DNA of 64,000 bases from Candidatus Versatilivorator sp. (GTDB taxonomy: Bacteria > Acidobacteriota > Terriglobia > Versatilivoradales > Versatilivoraceae): contig OZ242296.1 of the NCBI GenBank assembly GCA_965207735.1, forward strand, positions 3,744,001 through 3,808,000, in the 5' to 3' direction. Position 1 is the stretch's first letter, and each line of letters starts with the position of its first letter. Both the position numbers and the translations under genes were made by a program. Of this stretch, positions 8,285 to 18,597 are shown one piece after another. Below the pieces are notes generated by a model. It saw only the letters and a list, made by a program, of their open reading frames with translations. It did not search any database and was not told the origin of the DNA.

Positions 8285-11200
8285 TCACTCCTTGGTGATG
8301 GTTTCATCGAGGTTCAAAATCAGGCTGGCGACGGCCGTGTAGGCAGCTACCTCGCGGGGGTCCAATCCCTTGGGGGCCGGGGATTCTCCCGTGTCCACCA
8401 GCTCCCTGGCCGCCTTGCGGTCGGAACGATAGGAGGCGAGATGGGCTTCCAGGCTTTCCAGCAGGATCTCTCCTTCCTCGGCAGTCGGCCGGCGGGAGGT
8501 AGCCAGGCGAAAGGCCCGGGCGATCCGGTCCGAGTGGGATCGGCTCTCCGGCTCGGACAGCACCCGCTGAGCCAGCCCGCGCGCGGCCTCCACAAAGGTG
8601 ACGTCGTTCATCAGGTTGAGGGCCTGCAAGGGGGTGTTGGTCCGGCTGACCCGCACGGTGCACATCTCGCGGGCGGCGGCGTCGAAATTCAGCATGGAGG
8701 GTGGTGCGATGGTACGCTTCCAGAAGGTGTAGAGGCTCCGGCGGTAGAGATCTTCCCCGGTGCTCTGGTTGTAGGCAATATCCCCGGCCAGTTCCTCCCA
8801 GAGCCCCTCCGGCTGATAAGGCTTGACCGAGGGGCCGCCCAGCCTTTCCACCAGCAGTCCCCCCACGAACAGGGCCTGATCTCGAATCGCCTGGGCCGAA
8901 AGCCGCTGGCGGGGACCTCGCGCCAACAGGAGGTTTTCCGGGTCTCTGGCCAGCAGTTCCGGGATGGCTCGGGAGGACTGGCGATAGGTGGCGCTCATGA
9001 CCATGGTCTTCTGCAGGGACTTGAGATCCCAACCGGTTCTCACGAACTCGGTGGCCAGCCAGTCCAGCAGGGCGGGATGAGTCGGCCGTTCGCCCTGGGA
9101 GCCAAAGTCCTCGACGGTACGAACCAGTCCCTGGCCGAAGAGCCTTTGCCAGTATCGATTGACCACCACTCTGGGAGTCAGGGGGTTGCCGGGATTGACC
9201 AACCAGCGGGCAAGGTCCAGGCGATTCCGGAATTTTCCGTTGGAACCGCCGCTCAGGATTTCCGGAACGCCGGGACTGACCTTCTCACCGGGCTGGTCAT
9301 AGGCGCCTCGCAGCAGCATGAAGGTGTCCTTCGGTTCCTCCCGCTCCTGCATCACCATGGTGGTGGGAACCGTTTCCAAGAGAGCTGTTTTCTGCTTCTC
9401 GAGGTCCAGGATTCGGCGGTGGGCTTGGCGCACCGGCTTGGGCGCGTGCTTTTGCAGGAAGTAGGCGCGGAGCTTGTCGGTCTCGGCCATGCTTCTCCGA
9501 TCCGACGGTTTCCCAATGATGTCGTTGATTGCCGTCGATGTGGCCACCACCTTCACCTCGTGCGGCGGCAGGGCTCGATCATAGACTCTTACCTCGTCGA
9601 TCGACCCGTGGAAACGACTTCCGGCTCCTCCCCCCGAACCGATGCGAAAGGGTTCCTGGTTCTCGAAGGTGAGGTTCAAGTCATCCACCAGCACCTTGAA
9701 CTTCTCCGGCTTGCCGTCGACGTAAATCCTGATCGCCTTGGAGGTGCGGGACCCGTCGTAGGTCACCATCACGTGGTGCCACTGATTGGGGGCCAGAGTC
9801 CTCTCCGTCTCGACTCGGATGGAATCGTCCAGCCATCGCACCACCAGGTTGACGTGGATCTTGCCTTCCAGCAAAGCCACCCGATAGCCCTTTTCCTTTT
9901 CCAGTTCCAGGGTCCGCGAGACGATGGCGCCGCCATGCTCGCCCTCGGGGTAGATCCAGGCCCCCAGGGAGAAACGGTCGTAGAAGCCGAAGTTGCCGAG
10001 GTCTCCGGCATCGATGAAACGGCGGCCGTTGAAATTGCCGGCCTGACCGACCTTCCCCCGGGTGAATTCCGCCCGCCCGTCCTTGAAATCGGACTTCGAC
10101 TTTTTTCCTTTGGCGGATGCCGGGAGGGGACGCCGCCAACCGCGAGCCTTTCCATCCAGGGGAAAGTGTCCCAATAGGCCTTCCGCAATGGACCAGTGGA
10201 GCGGCCGGCGCTTCCTGAAGGAGGCTTCCCACTCCTGTTGGGCCCGGTCCAGCTCCGGTTCGAGAGCCTTGAAGTCCCGCTCGGCATGGTCCAGTTTCTC
10301 CTGCAACTCGGCAAGCTGTTTCTGTTGCGGGCGGGTGGGCGCCTTGATCATTGGAGGAGAATTGCCGTACTTGTAGACCTTGCCGCGCTCGGGGATGTTG
10401 TTGAAGAAGGCGTAGGTTCGATAAAACTCCTTCTGGCTGAAGGGGTCGTACTTGTGGTCGTGGCAGCGGGCGCAGCCCAGGGTCAGGCCCAGCCAGACAG
10501 TGGCGGTGGTCTCCACCCGGTCCACCACGTATTCGACGGCAAACTCGTCGGCGATGATGCCGCCCTCGCCGTTGCCGCGATGGTTGCGATTGAAGCCGGT
10601 GGCGATCCGCTGTTCCAGGGTGGCTTGGGGGAGCATGTCTCCGGCCAGTTGCTCCACGGTGAAGCGATCGAAGGGCATGTTGGCGTTAAAGGCCTCGATC
10701 ACCCAATCCCGCCAGCGCCACATGGTCCGCTCCCCATCGGTCTGATAGCCGTTGCTATCCGCATAACGGGCCGCGTCCAGCCAGCCCAGGGCCATGTGCT
10801 CGCCGTAGCGCGGGGACCGCAGCAGGCGGTCCACCACTTTCTCGTAGGCTCGGGGCGAATCGTCGGCCAGAAAGGCATCCACCTCTTCCGGCGTGGGGGG
10901 CAACCCGGTCAGGTCCAAGGTGACCCGGCGGATGAGAACCGTCTTGTCGGCCTGTCCGGAGGGGTCCAACTGCTCCTTCCGCAGTCGGTCCAGCACGAAG
11001 AAATCGATCGGGTTGCGGGTCCGGTTCTCATCGGCCACCTTGGGCAGCGGAGGACGTTCGGGGGGGATAAAGGACCAGTGCCGTTGCCAGCGGGCCCCCT
11101 GCTCGATCCACAAGCGGATGAGCTCCATCTCCTTTTTGTTCAGCTTGAGTCCCGAGTAAGCCGGAGGCATGCGGAGGGCCTCCTCCTCGGCGGTGATTCG

Positions 11201-11488
11201 CTTGAACATCTCGCTCCGCTCCGGGTCGCCGGGGACGATGGCGTGGTATCCGCCCAGGTCGGCGAAGGCTCCCTCCTCGGTGTCGAAGCGCAGTTCGGTG
11301 GTGCGGGCCGCCTCGTCGGGCCCGTGGCAGGCGTAGCAGCGGTCGGTCAGGAGGGGGCGAATGTCGCGGTCGAACTCAACCGCCGGCTGCTTGGGACTCT
11401 GCGCCCCGGCGGCTGTGCCCGCCCCCAGGACCAGGCCCGACACCATCGCAAGGAACCACTCCATCCTCCAGCCAGCCTTCCTTCTCAT
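8285..11488 (-). CDS. Planctomycete cytochrome c / DUF1549-DUF1553 (PSD1) protein with LamG insert
   Basis: FDRDIRPLLTDRCYACH, WLDAARYADS, CARCHDHKYDP, LamG WHHVMVTYDG, NTPLQAL; start MRRK with GAGG RBS. Confidence 0.93.
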   Translation of the reverse strand: MRRKAGWRMEWFLAMVSGLVLGAGTAAGAQSPKQPAVEFDRDIRPLLTDRCYACHGPDEAARTTELRFDTEEGAFADLGGYHAIVPGDPERSEMFKRITAEEEALRMPPAYSGLKLNKKEMELIRLWIEQGARWQRHWSFIPPERPPLPKVADENRTRNPIDFFVLDRLRKEQLDPSGQADKTVLIRRVTLDLTGLPPTPEEVDAFLADDSPRAYEKVVDRLLRSPRYGEHMALGWLDAARYADSNGYQTDGERTMWRWRDWVIEAFNANMPFDRFTVEQLAGDMLPQATLEQRIATGFNRNHRGNGEGGIIADEFAVEYVVDRVETTATVWLGLTLGCARCHDHKYDPFSQKEFYRTYAFFNNIPERGKVYKYGNSPPMIKAPTRPQQKQLAELQEKLDHAERDFKALEPELDRAQQEWEASFRKRRPLHWSIAEGLLGHFPLDGKARGWRRPLPASAKGKKSKSDFKDGRAEFTRGKVGQAGNFNGRRFIDAGDLGNFGFYDRFSLGAWIYPEGEHGGAIVSRTLELEKEKGYRVALLEGKIHVNLVVRWLDDSIRVETERTLAPNQWHHVMVTYDGSRTSKAIRIYVDGKPEKFKVLVDDLNLTFENQEPFRIGSGGGAGSRFHGSIDEVRVYDRALPPHEVKVVATSTAINDIIGKPSDRRSMAETDKLRAYFLQKHAPKPVRQAHRRILDLEKQKTALLETVPTTMVMQEREEPKDTFMLLRGAYDQPGEKVSPGVPEILSGGSNGKFRNRLDLARWLVNPGNPLTPRVVVNRYWQRLFGQGLVRTVEDFGSQGERPTHPALLDWLATEFVRTGWDLKSLQKTMVMSATYRQSSRAIPELLARDPENLLLARGPRQRLSAQAIRDQALFVGGLLVERLGGPSVKPYQPEGLWEELAGDIAYNQSTGEDLYRRSLYTFWKRTIAPPSMLNFDAAAREMCTVRVSRTNTPLQALNLMNDVTFVEAARGLAQRVLSEPESRSHSDRIARAFRLATSRRPTAEEGEILLESLEAHLASYRSDRKAARELVDTGESPAPKGLDPREVAAYTAVASLILNLDETITKE

Positions 11489-11793
11489 GGATTGACCTCT
11501 CCGCAAGTATTCCTTGCCGGCAGGGCTTTCGGTTCTTCCAGCCGCCCGGCTGTTGTGCTGCCACCGGTGCGGCCAATGGTTGCATCCTGGCGCTGGCAAG
11601 GTGAACAAGCCGGTGGCGTTGATCCTTAAGTCTAGCGCTCTCGCTGGGCTCCCTCAACCCCAAATTGGGCGCGGATGAGGCCGCATGGTCGCTGCGGTTG
11701 ACTCGCCCCGGCAAGCGTGCTAGGTTCACAGCGCCCTTCCGGAAGCTTCCTTGTGTCACCCCAAATAATGAAACAAGAGGAGAGTGCCAAGCC

Positions 11794-12576
11794 ATGGAAA
11801 ATGCCAACAAGCTGAAGCAGAAGCTGCAGCAGGGTCAGTTCTGCCTGGGGGCGGGGATCAGCTTCAACGACGGAGCGATCACCGAAGCCCTCTGTCAGGT
11901 CTACGATTTCGCCTGGATCGATACCGAGCACAACGGGATGACCCTGGAGAGGGTCGAGGGACACATCGTGGCCACCCGGGTCACCGGAGCCACCGCGCTG
12001 GTGCGGGTTCCCTGGAACGATCCCGTGCTGGTCAAGCCCGTGCTGGACCTCGGCGCCGACGGGATCATATTTCCCATGATTCGAACCGCCGAGGACGTAC
12101 GCAACGCGGTGGCGGCCTGCCGTTACCCGCCCGAAGGGATTCGAGGCTACGGTCCCCGCCGTCCCACCAACTACACTCGGAGCGGCGGATCCGACTATTG
12201 CAGGAGAGCCAATCAATCGGTGTTGACGGTGGTCCAGATCGAGACGGCCGAGGCCGTCGAAAACCTGGATGACATTGTGGCCGTCCCCGGTCTGACCAGT
12301 GTGGTGATCGGTCCCAATGACCTTTCGGGCTCACTGGGGCATATGGCCAATCCCGGCCACCCGGAGGTGGTGAAAGTGATCGAGTCCATCATCGACAGGG
12401 TTCGTCGCAGCTCCGTCTACGTAGGGATCGCCATCGGCTCGGATCCGGAGCAGGGCATCCGGTGGATGGAGAAGGGGGTCCATTGGCTGCAATTCGGCGT
12501 GGACTTCGGCTTGATGGTTGAGAGAGCCGACCTGGTTTGCGGCATGGTTCGGGATCACGCCAAGGCCAGACAATAA
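11794..12576 (+). CDS. HpcH/HpaI aldolase family
   Basis: IDTEH, VRVP, LDLGADGIIFP, YPPEGIRG, QIET, IGPNDLS. Confidence 0.92.
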   Translation: MENANKLKQKLQQGQFCLGAGISFNDGAITEALCQVYDFAWIDTEHNGMTLERVEGHIVATRVTGATALVRVPWNDPVLVKPVLDLGADGIIFPMIRTAEDVRNAVAACRYPPEGIRGYGPRRPTNYTRSGGSDYCRRANQSVLTVVQIETAEAVENLDDIVAVPGLTSVVIGPNDLSGSLGHMANPGHPEVVKVIESIIDRVRRSSVYVGIAIGSDPEQGIRWMEKGVHWLQFGVDFGLMVERADLVCGMVRDHAKARQ

Positions 12577-12602
12577 GGACAGCGCTGTTTGGGGCGGAAG
12601 TG

Positions 12603-13397
12603 ATGAGAGTCGATCTGAACGGTCAGGTCGCCCTGGTTACCGGGGGAGCTCAGGGCATCGGCCGGGCCATTGCGGAGTCGTTGGTGAACAACGGCGCCAG
12701 GGTGGCCAGCCTGGACGTTGACCGGGAAACCAATGAGCGCACGGCCCGGGAACTGAGCCATACGGGCGGGACCTGCCTGGCCCTGGAAGGGGACGTCTCG
12801 GATCGCAAGCAGATGGACCGGGCAATCGCGGATATCGAAGACCGGCTGGGCGGCCTGCAGATACTGGTCAACAACGCCGGCATCAACACCTTGAGCGACC
12901 GGGTTCCCATCCACCGTTTTTCCAGCCGGGACTGGGATCGGATCCTGAATATCGATCTGAACGGAGTCTTCGTGGCCAGCCAGGCCGCCATTCCGGTAAT
13001 GCTCAAGCATTCCGGAGGAAGGGTGGTCAACATCAGCTCGGTGGCGGGACTGGTTCCCCTGCGGCTGCAGAGCGCCTTCGTGGCCGCCAAGGCCGCAGTG
13101 ATCAATCTGACTCGCTCCATGGCCCTGGAACTGGGGCCGCAAGGCATCCTGGTCAATGCGGTGGCGCCCGGCTCCACCCTGACTCAAGGAACCGAAGCCC
13201 TCTTTTATGGGCCGGACGGGGCCTACTCGGAAAACGCCGCCAGCCTGATCTCTCACATTCCCCTGGGCCGCCCGGCCCGGGTCGAGGAGATCGCCCATGC
13301 CGTCCTCTTCCTGGTGGCCCCGGAAGCCAGCTACGTGAACGGTGCCGTGCTGGTGGTCGACGGCGGATGGACGGCCGGCTACCACCGGGAGTGGTGA
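12603..13397 (+). CDS. SDR family oxidoreductase
   Basis: TGGAQGIG, NNAG, NISS; FVAAK instead of YxxxK. Confidence 0.9.
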   Translation: MRVDLNGQVALVTGGAQGIGRAIAESLVNNGARVASLDVDRETNERTARELSHTGGTCLALEGDVSDRKQMDRAIADIEDRLGGLQILVNNAGINTLSDRVPIHRFSSRDWDRILNIDLNGVFVASQAAIPVMLKHSGGRVVNISSVAGLVPLRLQSAFVAAKAAVINLTRSMALELGPQGILVNAVAPGSTLTQGTEALFYGPDGAYSENAASLISHIPLGRPARVEEIAHAVLFLVAPEASYVNGAVLVVDGGWTAGYHREW

Positions 13398-13497
13398 TCC
13401 CTCTCGGTGTGTTGTTATGACTCACGGCATGCCCTCACTTCTAACAGGGGAGCCGTGGGCGTAGAGGCTGCGATCTTGACCTGCGGAGGTAACCGCC

Positions 13498-14265
13498 ATG
13501 GCCGCTGACTGGGTGCTGGGTCTGGAACAGAATGCCGATCGCGAGGTCGTCTCCGGGTCCCCGCCGGAACTAGCTGCTGCCGTCCGGCGGGGCGCCGACC
13601 TTCGCCTTTACCTCACCACCGATCACTATGAAGAGACCCTCTATTTTCAGCAGACCTATGCCGGGGAAGGCGACGCCTTTGCCGGACTCATGACCCATCA
13701 CCACTCCCTGGTGCATCGCGGGAAGCTCGCCGAGCAGCCCTACTTCTGCCTGTTCAAATATGACCTCTCCGGCCGTTTTTCCCTCCTCAAGTGGATGTTG
13801 GACAATCGGACTCTCGACGAGAGCGCCGACTATCCCTATGGCGTCTACCGTTGGTTTTTTTGCGACCGCTGGAGGCTGGTCTACGAGCACGATGCCGGCG
13901 GTCAGCCCCTGTTCGGCGATCTGGAAGAACTGAAGGAACTGGCCAGGCGGGGACGGACGCTGCAGGTGGGCATCCGGCAACTCTTCGGACTGGGGCGCGA
14001 TGACCTCCAGGGTCCCGAGCACATCTCTTTCGTGAGCACCATGCAACCGGTGATCCAGGATGGCCAGGTACTGTCCAACTGCGATCTGGTGGTGGCCGGA
14101 CCGCCCCGATGGCCGTTCACCTGGAAGGACGGCCTCCACCTCTGCGTCATGCGCCCTTCCACTTCAGGGGAGATCGAGTGCTATCTCACCGAGCCCGGCA
14201 GGGTCCCCTTTCGCTGGACGGCGCCCCGCCGGAGCATGCAATGGATGGTGGCCGAGCGGGTGTGA
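13498..14265 (+). CDS. Hypothetical protein with two-fold internal repeat
   Basis: GGAGG RBS; WVLGLEQNADREVVSGSPPELAAAVRRGADL vs WRLVYEHDAGGQPLFGDLEELKELARRGRTL. Confidence 0.75.
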   Translation: MAADWVLGLEQNADREVVSGSPPELAAAVRRGADLRLYLTTDHYEETLYFQQTYAGEGDAFAGLMTHHHSLVHRGKLAEQPYFCLFKYDLSGRFSLLKWMLDNRTLDESADYPYGVYRWFFCDRWRLVYEHDAGGQPLFGDLEELKELARRGRTLQVGIRQLFGLGRDDLQGPEHISFVSTMQPVIQDGQVLSNCDLVVAGPPRWPFTWKDGLHLCVMRPSTSGEIECYLTEPGRVPFRWTAPRRSMQWMVAERV

Positions 14266-14355
14266 CAATGAAAGATGCTCACTTGCCGGCTCGGGTGGGC
14301 GGCTTCGGGGATCAAACGCCCCGGGGCGCAAGCTCACTTCCCGCTCCGGGTCGGT

Positions 14356-15372
14356 TCAGGGCAGCCCCGTTTGCGCGGGCGGCAGATCCTCCATTGGGGC
14401 TTCCTCCCACTCCTCGGTCGCCTGAGCCTGCGACCGTGAGGAAACAAACAGGCGGGTCTGGCTTGCCAGGAACCAGAGCTTGAGTATCCACCGTCCCACC
14501 AGGTAGGTCTGACCGAGCGAGAAAGCCAGCAGGACCGTCGTCCAGGTGGACTGGTTGGGTCCCGGGGCCAGCCAGGCATAGGCCAGAAACCAGAGGAGGG
14601 AGGCGGCGAGCAGCAGCAGGTAGAGGCTCAGCACGGTGCGTCGCTGTTCCTTGACGAAACCCAGGGCTCGAAACAGCGCGGCCAGGACGCTGCGTCGCTC
14701 TTCCGCCACCAGAGAGATCCGGGCGTAGTCCAGCACCAGTTGGGTCATCAGGAACAACAGTCCCACCAAGGCGTAAGCCAGGATGGTGTAGATCAGAACC
14801 GTCCGCTCCACGGTGGTGTCCCGGGTGGCGGTTTCGATCCAGCCATGCAGGGGCTGCCCGATGCCCCGGAAGATTCCCCAGTAGAGCAGTCCCGAGATCA
14901 CCGAAAGGCGCAGGAACCTCCAGAAGAAGAGGCCTCCCCGGGCCAGAAACCTGGCGCGCGAGTGGGGCTCCCCCTCATCGGCGAATCGGCTGAGGATTCC
15001 CCCCAGCAGCAGGGACCAGGCCAGCACCATCAGAATAGCGGCCCCGACCACCATGGGGTCGACCTGGTGCAGCTTTCCGTCCAGCAGCCTCTCCAGGTTG
15101 CTTAGCACGGGGAGGATTCCCACCACCCAGGGCCCAAAGGTCTTTCCCAGTCCGGAACTGCCGGCGGCGAATTCCTCGTACCAGGCCAGGTCGAAGCCCT
15201 GGCGCAGGGCGTCTTCTACCAGACTGCCTTCAAAGGTGCCCTGCAGCAGGTGCTTCATGGCCAGGGTCAGGGGGAAAGCCACGACCAGAGTGGTCAGATA
15301 GACCCAGGCCAGCAGGGACGGCGTGCCCAGAACCAGCCTTAATCCGGAAAAAAAGTGCGTGCGCGCGTCCAT
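14356..15372 (-). CDS. Polytopic membrane protein of unknown function
   Basis: About six hydrophobic segments; 13 bp downstream of the M1 peptidase. Confidence 0.8.
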   Translation of the reverse strand: MDARTHFFSGLRLVLGTPSLLAWVYLTTLVVAFPLTLAMKHLLQGTFEGSLVEDALRQGFDLAWYEEFAAGSSGLGKTFGPWVVGILPVLSNLERLLDGKLHQVDPMVVGAAILMVLAWSLLLGGILSRFADEGEPHSRARFLARGGLFFWRFLRLSVISGLLYWGIFRGIGQPLHGWIETATRDTTVERTVLIYTILAYALVGLLFLMTQLVLDYARISLVAEERRSVLAALFRALGFVKEQRRTVLSLYLLLLAASLLWFLAYAWLAPGPNQSTWTTVLLAFSLGQTYLVGRWILKLWFLASQTRLFVSSRSQAQATEEWEEAPMEDLPPAQTGLP

Positions 15373-15385
15373 GTGCGGCTGTCTC

Positions 15386-17521
15386 CTACATTAGAGCCAA
15401 GACGGTCTGGAAGTAGTCCTGGAGCCAGATCAGCCACTTGAGGGCCCATTTGGTGGCCGGCAGGTTGGCCTGAGGCTGCAGGCGGCGGCTGTTGTTGGTG
15501 AAGTCGACATCCAGGGGATTGGTCAACTCGGGGTCCACGGCGGCGTAGTCGAGCTTTGAGGGCTTGACCAGCCGGTAGAGCTTCCAGGGACGCTCGCCGT
15601 CCCACCGCGTTCTGAACTCCTCGCCGTCCGCGAATCGCAACAGGACGTCTTGAGGAAGAATGCCATCCCCGAGTCGCCGCAGCAGAACGGTCGTTTCGTA
15701 AAGGACAGACGTTTCTTCAGAGTCCTGGGAATCGGGTGTTTCCGCCAGCAGAAGAAACTGCCCGTCCTTGTCGACGTAGCCCCTGGTTTCCACTTTCACG
15801 CTGGAAACGGACTCGACGCTGTAGTCGAAGACCCGGTCCCGGTGAAAGACCTGCTCGAAGAAGGGGGTCAGATCCCGCCCTGAAACCTGATTGGCCACCC
15901 GGAAGAAATCGTCCGGGCCGGGGTGGCGGAAGCGGGAGTTCTCGAAGAATGTGGAGAGGATCCGCTTCAGGACATCCCATCCCAGGCGCCGCTCCAGGGC
16001 CAGCAGCCAGAGAGCGGTCTTGGTGTAACTGGTGGCTCCCGCGGTGGAGGGATGATAGAGGTAGGTGGGCAGGGCCTGGATTTCCCCGCGGGCTGCAGCC
16101 AGGAATCGATGCCGCCGGCTGTTCTGGATGCGCCCAGCCTGAATTTCGGGGGTCATGACCGGGAAGAAGCGCCGAAAGAAGCGGGTCACGTGGCCCCTTT
16201 TGCCGTAGGTCGCCTCGTAGACCCGGGCCGTGGCAAAGGTGTTGATGCCTTCGTCCAGCCAGGCGTGTTCGAATTCGTTGTTTCCCACCAGGCCGTACCA
16301 GAACTGGTGACCGGCTTCGTGGATGGTGACGCCTTCCGGAGCCCCGCCGCCCAGCGGGCTGAGATAGCGGGTTCCGCAGGTATAGAGGGTGGGGTACTCC
16401 ATGCCCCGAGCCCCGCTTCTCCATGCCGGATCCACCACCGTCAGGTGACCGTAGGGATACTCCCCGAACCAGAGGCCGTAGAGCTTCAAGGCCGCCTCGG
16501 TGGCGTGAAAATGGCGGCCCACCTGTCCCTGGTGCTCGGGCTGATAGAGCAGGCGAATGTCGACCGATTTGAGGCCGGGATGGTCGAAACGGCGGCGAAC
16601 CTCTCGATAATCCGGGCTGGTGGTCCAGACGAAGTCATGGACATTGTCTTGCTGGTAGCGGTGTGTGGAGGTGTCGTCGGCGTTATCGGTCACCCCAAGC
16701 TGCACGCCGGTGGCCCCGACTTTCCATCCGGTGGGGACGGTCATGCGGACGTCGTAGTTCCCGTAGTCGGAAAAGAACTCGGTGGCGGCGTGGAACTGGT
16801 GGCAGTTCCAGGAACCATCGGCTTGAAAAACTCCCAGCTTGGGAAACCAGTGGGCAATGAAATAGAAATTGCCGCGGAAGCCGGTTCGAGCGAAGGTGCG
16901 AGGGATCTTGGCTTTCCAGTCGATGGAGACTCTGATGGTCTCTCCGGGTTGCACCGGCCGTTCCAGGGGAACCACCAGCACGGTTCGATCGTCCTTGTTG
17001 CCGTCGTCCGGGGAAGCGAAGTACATGGCCGAGGTGCGGTCCGATTCCTCGAACGGCCCGCCGGCCTCCACCCTCAGCGATTCTACTTGGCTGTAGCTCC
17101 AGTCTCCCGGACGTGGATTTCTCAGTGAGGAACGGGGCCGGGAGCGCAGGGAATCCTCCCGCAGCCAGGTGCTGCGGTTGTTCAGCCAGGCGTTCCAGTA
17201 GAGATGGAACCACAGCTCGTTGGCCGGCCTCCCGGTGGCGTTGCGCCATTCCACGACCTGGCTTGCCTCAAGCAGGCGTTTCTCGGGCAGGAGCTTGACC
17301 TGGATGGTGTAGCTGGAGGTCCTGGTTTCGGGCGGGGCCGGCTGGGCCTGGGCGCTCGAAAGGGAAAGGGCGGCCAGGGTGAACCAGGCCGCCAGCCGGG
17401 AGATTGGGAGGAGCCTCCGGAACCCGGGGGCGGAGGAGCCGGCTCTCAACCCTTCTGAATCCAGAGGGACGGGAACCGATTCCAGGGAACCGGTCGGTCG
17501 AGGGTCATTCATGTTCTTCAT
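15386..17521 (-). CDS. M1 family zinc metallopeptidase, secreted
   Basis: GMEYP, HEAGHQFWYGLVGNNE...WLDEG, Y.K motif; signal-like segment; start uncertain. Confidence 0.92.
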   Translation of the reverse strand: MKNMNDPRPTGSLESVPVPLDSEGLRAGSSAPGFRRLLPISRLAAWFTLAALSLSSAQAQPAPPETRTSSYTIQVKLLPEKRLLEASQVVEWRNATGRPANELWFHLYWNAWLNNRSTWLREDSLRSRPRSSLRNPRPGDWSYSQVESLRVEAGGPFEESDRTSAMYFASPDDGNKDDRTVLVVPLERPVQPGETIRVSIDWKAKIPRTFARTGFRGNFYFIAHWFPKLGVFQADGSWNCHQFHAATEFFSDYGNYDVRMTVPTGWKVGATGVQLGVTDNADDTSTHRYQQDNVHDFVWTTSPDYREVRRRFDHPGLKSVDIRLLYQPEHQGQVGRHFHATEAALKLYGLWFGEYPYGHLTVVDPAWRSGARGMEYPTLYTCGTRYLSPLGGGAPEGVTIHEAGHQFWYGLVGNNEFEHAWLDEGINTFATARVYEATYGKRGHVTRFFRRFFPVMTPEIQAGRIQNSRRHRFLAAARGEIQALPTYLYHPSTAGATSYTKTALWLLALERRLGWDVLKRILSTFFENSRFRHPGPDDFFRVANQVSGRDLTPFFEQVFHRDRVFDYSVESVSSVKVETRGYVDKDGQFLLLAETPDSQDSEETSVLYETTVLLRRLGDGILPQDVLLRFADGEEFRTRWDGERPWKLYRLVKPSKLDYAAVDPELTNPLDVDFTNNSRRLQPQANLPATKWALKWLIWLQDYFQTVLALM

Positions 17522-18437
17522 AAAACCGAGGGAAGACTCTCAGGCAGATTTGCCGGAACCGGTCCACGTCACTCTGGGTGGCCGCACGGTAGGGAGGACG
17601 GCTGGAAAGCAGCTCCCCGGTCAGGAACCCGGTTGCCGCGGCGAAAGTGCGGTCGAAGGCGGTGTCGGTGAAGCCCTCCGGCAGGAGAGGCACCACGAAT
17701 TCCCGGGAGATGCGCTGCAGTCCCTGGCCGATCTCGACCGCCTCGGGATGGCCCTCTTCGCAGAGCTCAAAGTAGCGCAGCATCAGTTTGGGGCAGGCAT
17801 AGATCAGGGAGCTGTAGCAGCCGCGAACGCCGGCCTGCCACCAATCGGCCAGATTGTGTTCACCCACGAAGATCCTGAGCCGGGGAGCCAACTCCAGGAA
17901 GGCGGCAGCCTCTTCCGGACTATCGACTCCCTTGCACCCGATCAAGGGGAGGTCCTGATCCAGCAGGCGCTTCAGCAGGTCCGGGGTCAAGGGCTTCTTG
18001 GAACGGCCGGTATTGTAGAGAATCAATGGCATCCCGGGCGCCTGGCGGGTGACCTCCTTGAGAAATGCCGCAGCCTCGGCGTCGGACAGAGCCAGCCAGA
18101 AGGGAAAAGCCACCTGTATTCCGCCGGCTCCGATCTCTTGAGCAAACCGGGCCCGGCGAACGACCTCTGCCGTCCAGAGAGCGGTGCATCCGACCTGGGT
18201 GGGGGTTCCGAACGGGCGGCACTCCCCCACCGTGAGCCGCGCCACCTGTCGCCACTCCTCCGGCGTCTGGGCATAGAACTCTCCGGTGGTTCCGTGGGTG
18301 TATACCCCATGGGCGCCGGCCCGGCACGTCCGCCGGACGTTCTCCCGCAAGGCCTTCTCGTCCACCTGGTCCTGGGCGGTCCAGGGAACCGGCATGCCGG
18401 CCCACATTCCTTTCAAGGTGTCACTGGTCAATGGCAT
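17505..18437 (-). CDS. Dihydrodipicolinate synthase family aldolase/lyase
   Basis: GTTGEF, ILYN, IGCK (Lys retained); start MPLT with GGAGG RBS. Confidence 0.88.
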   Translation of the reverse strand: MPLTSDTLKGMWAGMPVPWTAQDQVDEKALRENVRRTCRAGAHGVYTHGTTGEFYAQTPEEWRQVARLTVGECRPFGTPTQVGCTALWTAEVVRRARFAQEIGAGGIQVAFPFWLALSDAEAAAFLKEVTRQAPGMPLILYNTGRSKKPLTPDLLKRLLDQDLPLIGCKGVDSPEEAAAFLELAPRLRIFVGEHNLADWWQAGVRGCYSSLIYACPKLMLRYFELCEEGHPEAVEIGQGLQRISREFVVPLLPEGFTDTAFDRTFAAATGFLTGELLSSRPPYRAATQSDVDRFRQICLRVFPRFYEEHE

Positions 18438-18597
18438 CGGCAACCTCCTAATTCCTGACGGGGCAAACAAAGGCTCCATTTTAAGGAGATCGGAATCGGT
18501 ACACCAGCGGGAAGTCAATCGGCCCCTCCAAATTGAGTTTCCCGAGGGCACTCTGGTACAATTTCTCGCCTTTGGACTGGAGGAGTCAACTTCGCTC

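Noticed and set aside
6701-10177. 1158-aa plus-strand ORF, and similar long antisense ORFs (10196, 18800, 28487, 38939, 43996, 45760, 49540, 55773, 59314, 61887)
   Set aside because: Shadow or off-frame ORFs overlapping well-supported genes in high-GC DNA; no motifs
14277-14354. Imperfect direct repeat GCTCACTT.CC..CT..GGGT between convergent genes
   Set aside because: Two short degenerate copies only, not seen elsewhere in the window
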